The notes beneath the pieces were generated by a model. That model saw only the letters and a program-made list of their open reading frames with translations. It searched no databases and had not been told where the DNA came from. A stretch of 64,000 nucleotides of DNA, from positions 18,134,589 through 18,198,588 of the forward strand of contig CP154954.1 in NCBI GenBank assembly GCA_039621445.1, given 5' to 3'. The stretch comes from Euglena gracilis. Its lineage: Eukaryota. Position 1 is the first letter of the stretch, and the number at the start of each line of letters is the position of its first letter. Of this stretch, positions 62,701 to 64,000 are shown one piece after another. The translations under genes and the position numbers were made by a program.

Positions 62701-63023
62701 TGGGTGCCAAAAAGGGGTTTGGTTGTCCAAATGGAAGGTGGGGTGAGGACAATTCTTTTCTGTTTTTTTGGGGGGTGATCTTCCACACAAATCTCATGTC
62801 CCCTCCCCCCTTCTTGCCATGAAATTCTTTCCTACTTGCACAATATCCTCTTTTGCCAATGGACATATTTTGGGCCAAATTGACACAAATAAAAAAAATT
62901 AAATTCCTACACCAAAAAAGCGCCCTTGTTTGGGTCGAAAATTTTTTCACCTCAAATCTTGGCATTTCCTTCCATTTTTTGACCATGTGAAAGCAAATTT
63001 TCGCTGGTTTCTGATACGAAAAT

Positions 63024-63135
63024 TGTGTCCAGAACGCCGGTTCGGGCGTGAAGCCGTGTTCCAGAACGAACGGGCGGCAGCCCGAACCGGCGTTCTGGAA
63101 CACGGCTTCACGCCCGAACCGGCGTTCTGGACACA
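63024..63135. repeat. Hairpin with 45-bp perfect arms
   Basis: TGTGTCCAGAACGCCGGTTCGGGCGTGAAGCCGTGTTCCAGAACG and its exact reverse complement ending at 63135. Confidence 0.92.
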
Positions 63136-63230
63136 GTTGTTGAAACCGTGTATTAGGGGCTCTGGCTTCCCGCCCGTTCATGGACGCATGGTCATTTGTG
63201 TTGTGACTCCTCTATGCAGATTTCTTCTAA

Positions 63231-63590
63231 ATGAACGCCGGTCAGGTTGCTACCGTTTGCACCAGTGCACTGCCCCAACCCCCCACACCAGCTGAATTCT
63301 TTGCTGGCCTTGAGGCTGCCGACGCACCTCGGAAAACAGCAGAAGGCCATAAAAAAAATTTTTGGGGATACGTTTGTCGACAGTTGCCCCACTGGTGGAT
63401 TGGCAAAAAACAAAATAGTGGCTCTTGCAGTTGCGCGGGATTTCCAAAAGGTTTGCGAACTACGTGGGGCAACGTTTGACTTTCTGGATGACTGGCTGGT
63501 GGCATTTGCCTTCTGGACGGTAAAAGTCACGTGCCTTTTTGATCACGGTGACGAGAAGCAACAGGCAGCCGCCGTCCAGCGAAACAAAAA
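63231..63590 (+). pseudogene. Frameshifted distant homolog of the element-borne ORF at 60200-60747
   Basis: LPQPPTPAEFFAGL ~ LPPPPRAELFLAAL; DFQKVCELRGATFDFLDDWLVAFAFWTVKVTCLFD ~ EFAKLCQHRQASYPELDDFFVAWTGWELEPSLLFD. Confidence 0.7.
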
Positions 63591-64000
63591 CCAAAACAAA
63601 AAGCGTAACAGTGCAATCAACAGAATGCCAAGCAACCGCTCCGGGAGCAGCTTATGCTGCCCCGTGACAACCCCAAAATTTGTGGGGTGGAGACATGGCA
63701 GCGGCAACTGGCACTGCTGCCAGATGCCGCTAATCCCTCCTTACCATTCTGGTGCTCCTGCAAAATTATCTGCAAAATTCCGGTCCCGTCAAGGCATAGT
63801 GGGCCGGCCTGTTTTTTTTGACGTTGTTTTGTTTTGTTTTTTTAATTTTAACAATGTTTTTTTTAAAAAAAACAAAAAAACGCCCACTAGGTTTTGCATG
63901 GAAAATTTTTTGAATGAACATTTTCAATCATTTTTGGCAATTTCTGGGTAATTTCTGCCAAAAACTTCCTTCCACAAAAATGAAAAAAAAGTCATAAAAT

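Overview
Eukaryotic, repeat-dense genomic DNA, most likely from a euglenid (inference from intron type and degenerate TTAGGG repeats), with a 13-N scaffold gap at 44622-44634. Most ORFs in the supplied track are spurious. (1) A receptor-type class III adenylate cyclase gene (2 TM + extracellular domain + HAMP-like linker + cyclase) can be rebuilt by hand on the minus strand from 18 short exons between ~61356 and 45196. Its C-terminus is missing before the gap. None of its resolved introns is GT-AG; most follow the euglenid nonconventional pattern in which intron positions +4..+6 pair with -8..-6. (2) A convergent plus-strand gene of unknown function uses the same intron type (~40950-44000, with possible further exons from ~27700). 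(3) Two frameshifted exons of a cyclase paralog lie at 22497-23645. (4) An 18-copy, ~1.02-kb tandem array (3437-22248) has higher-order structure. (5) Many nested mobile elements are present: a Helentron/Helitron2-like family with a 32-bp minisatellite and a small PHD-finger ORF (plus a distant relative at 63.0-63.6 kb), a foldback element filled with telomere-like repeats and flanked by a 9-bp TSD, 3-bp-TSD MITEs, TA-flanked MITEs and CAG..CTG-ended MITEs. All coordinates were read by eye; exon edges marked approximate may be off by a few nt.
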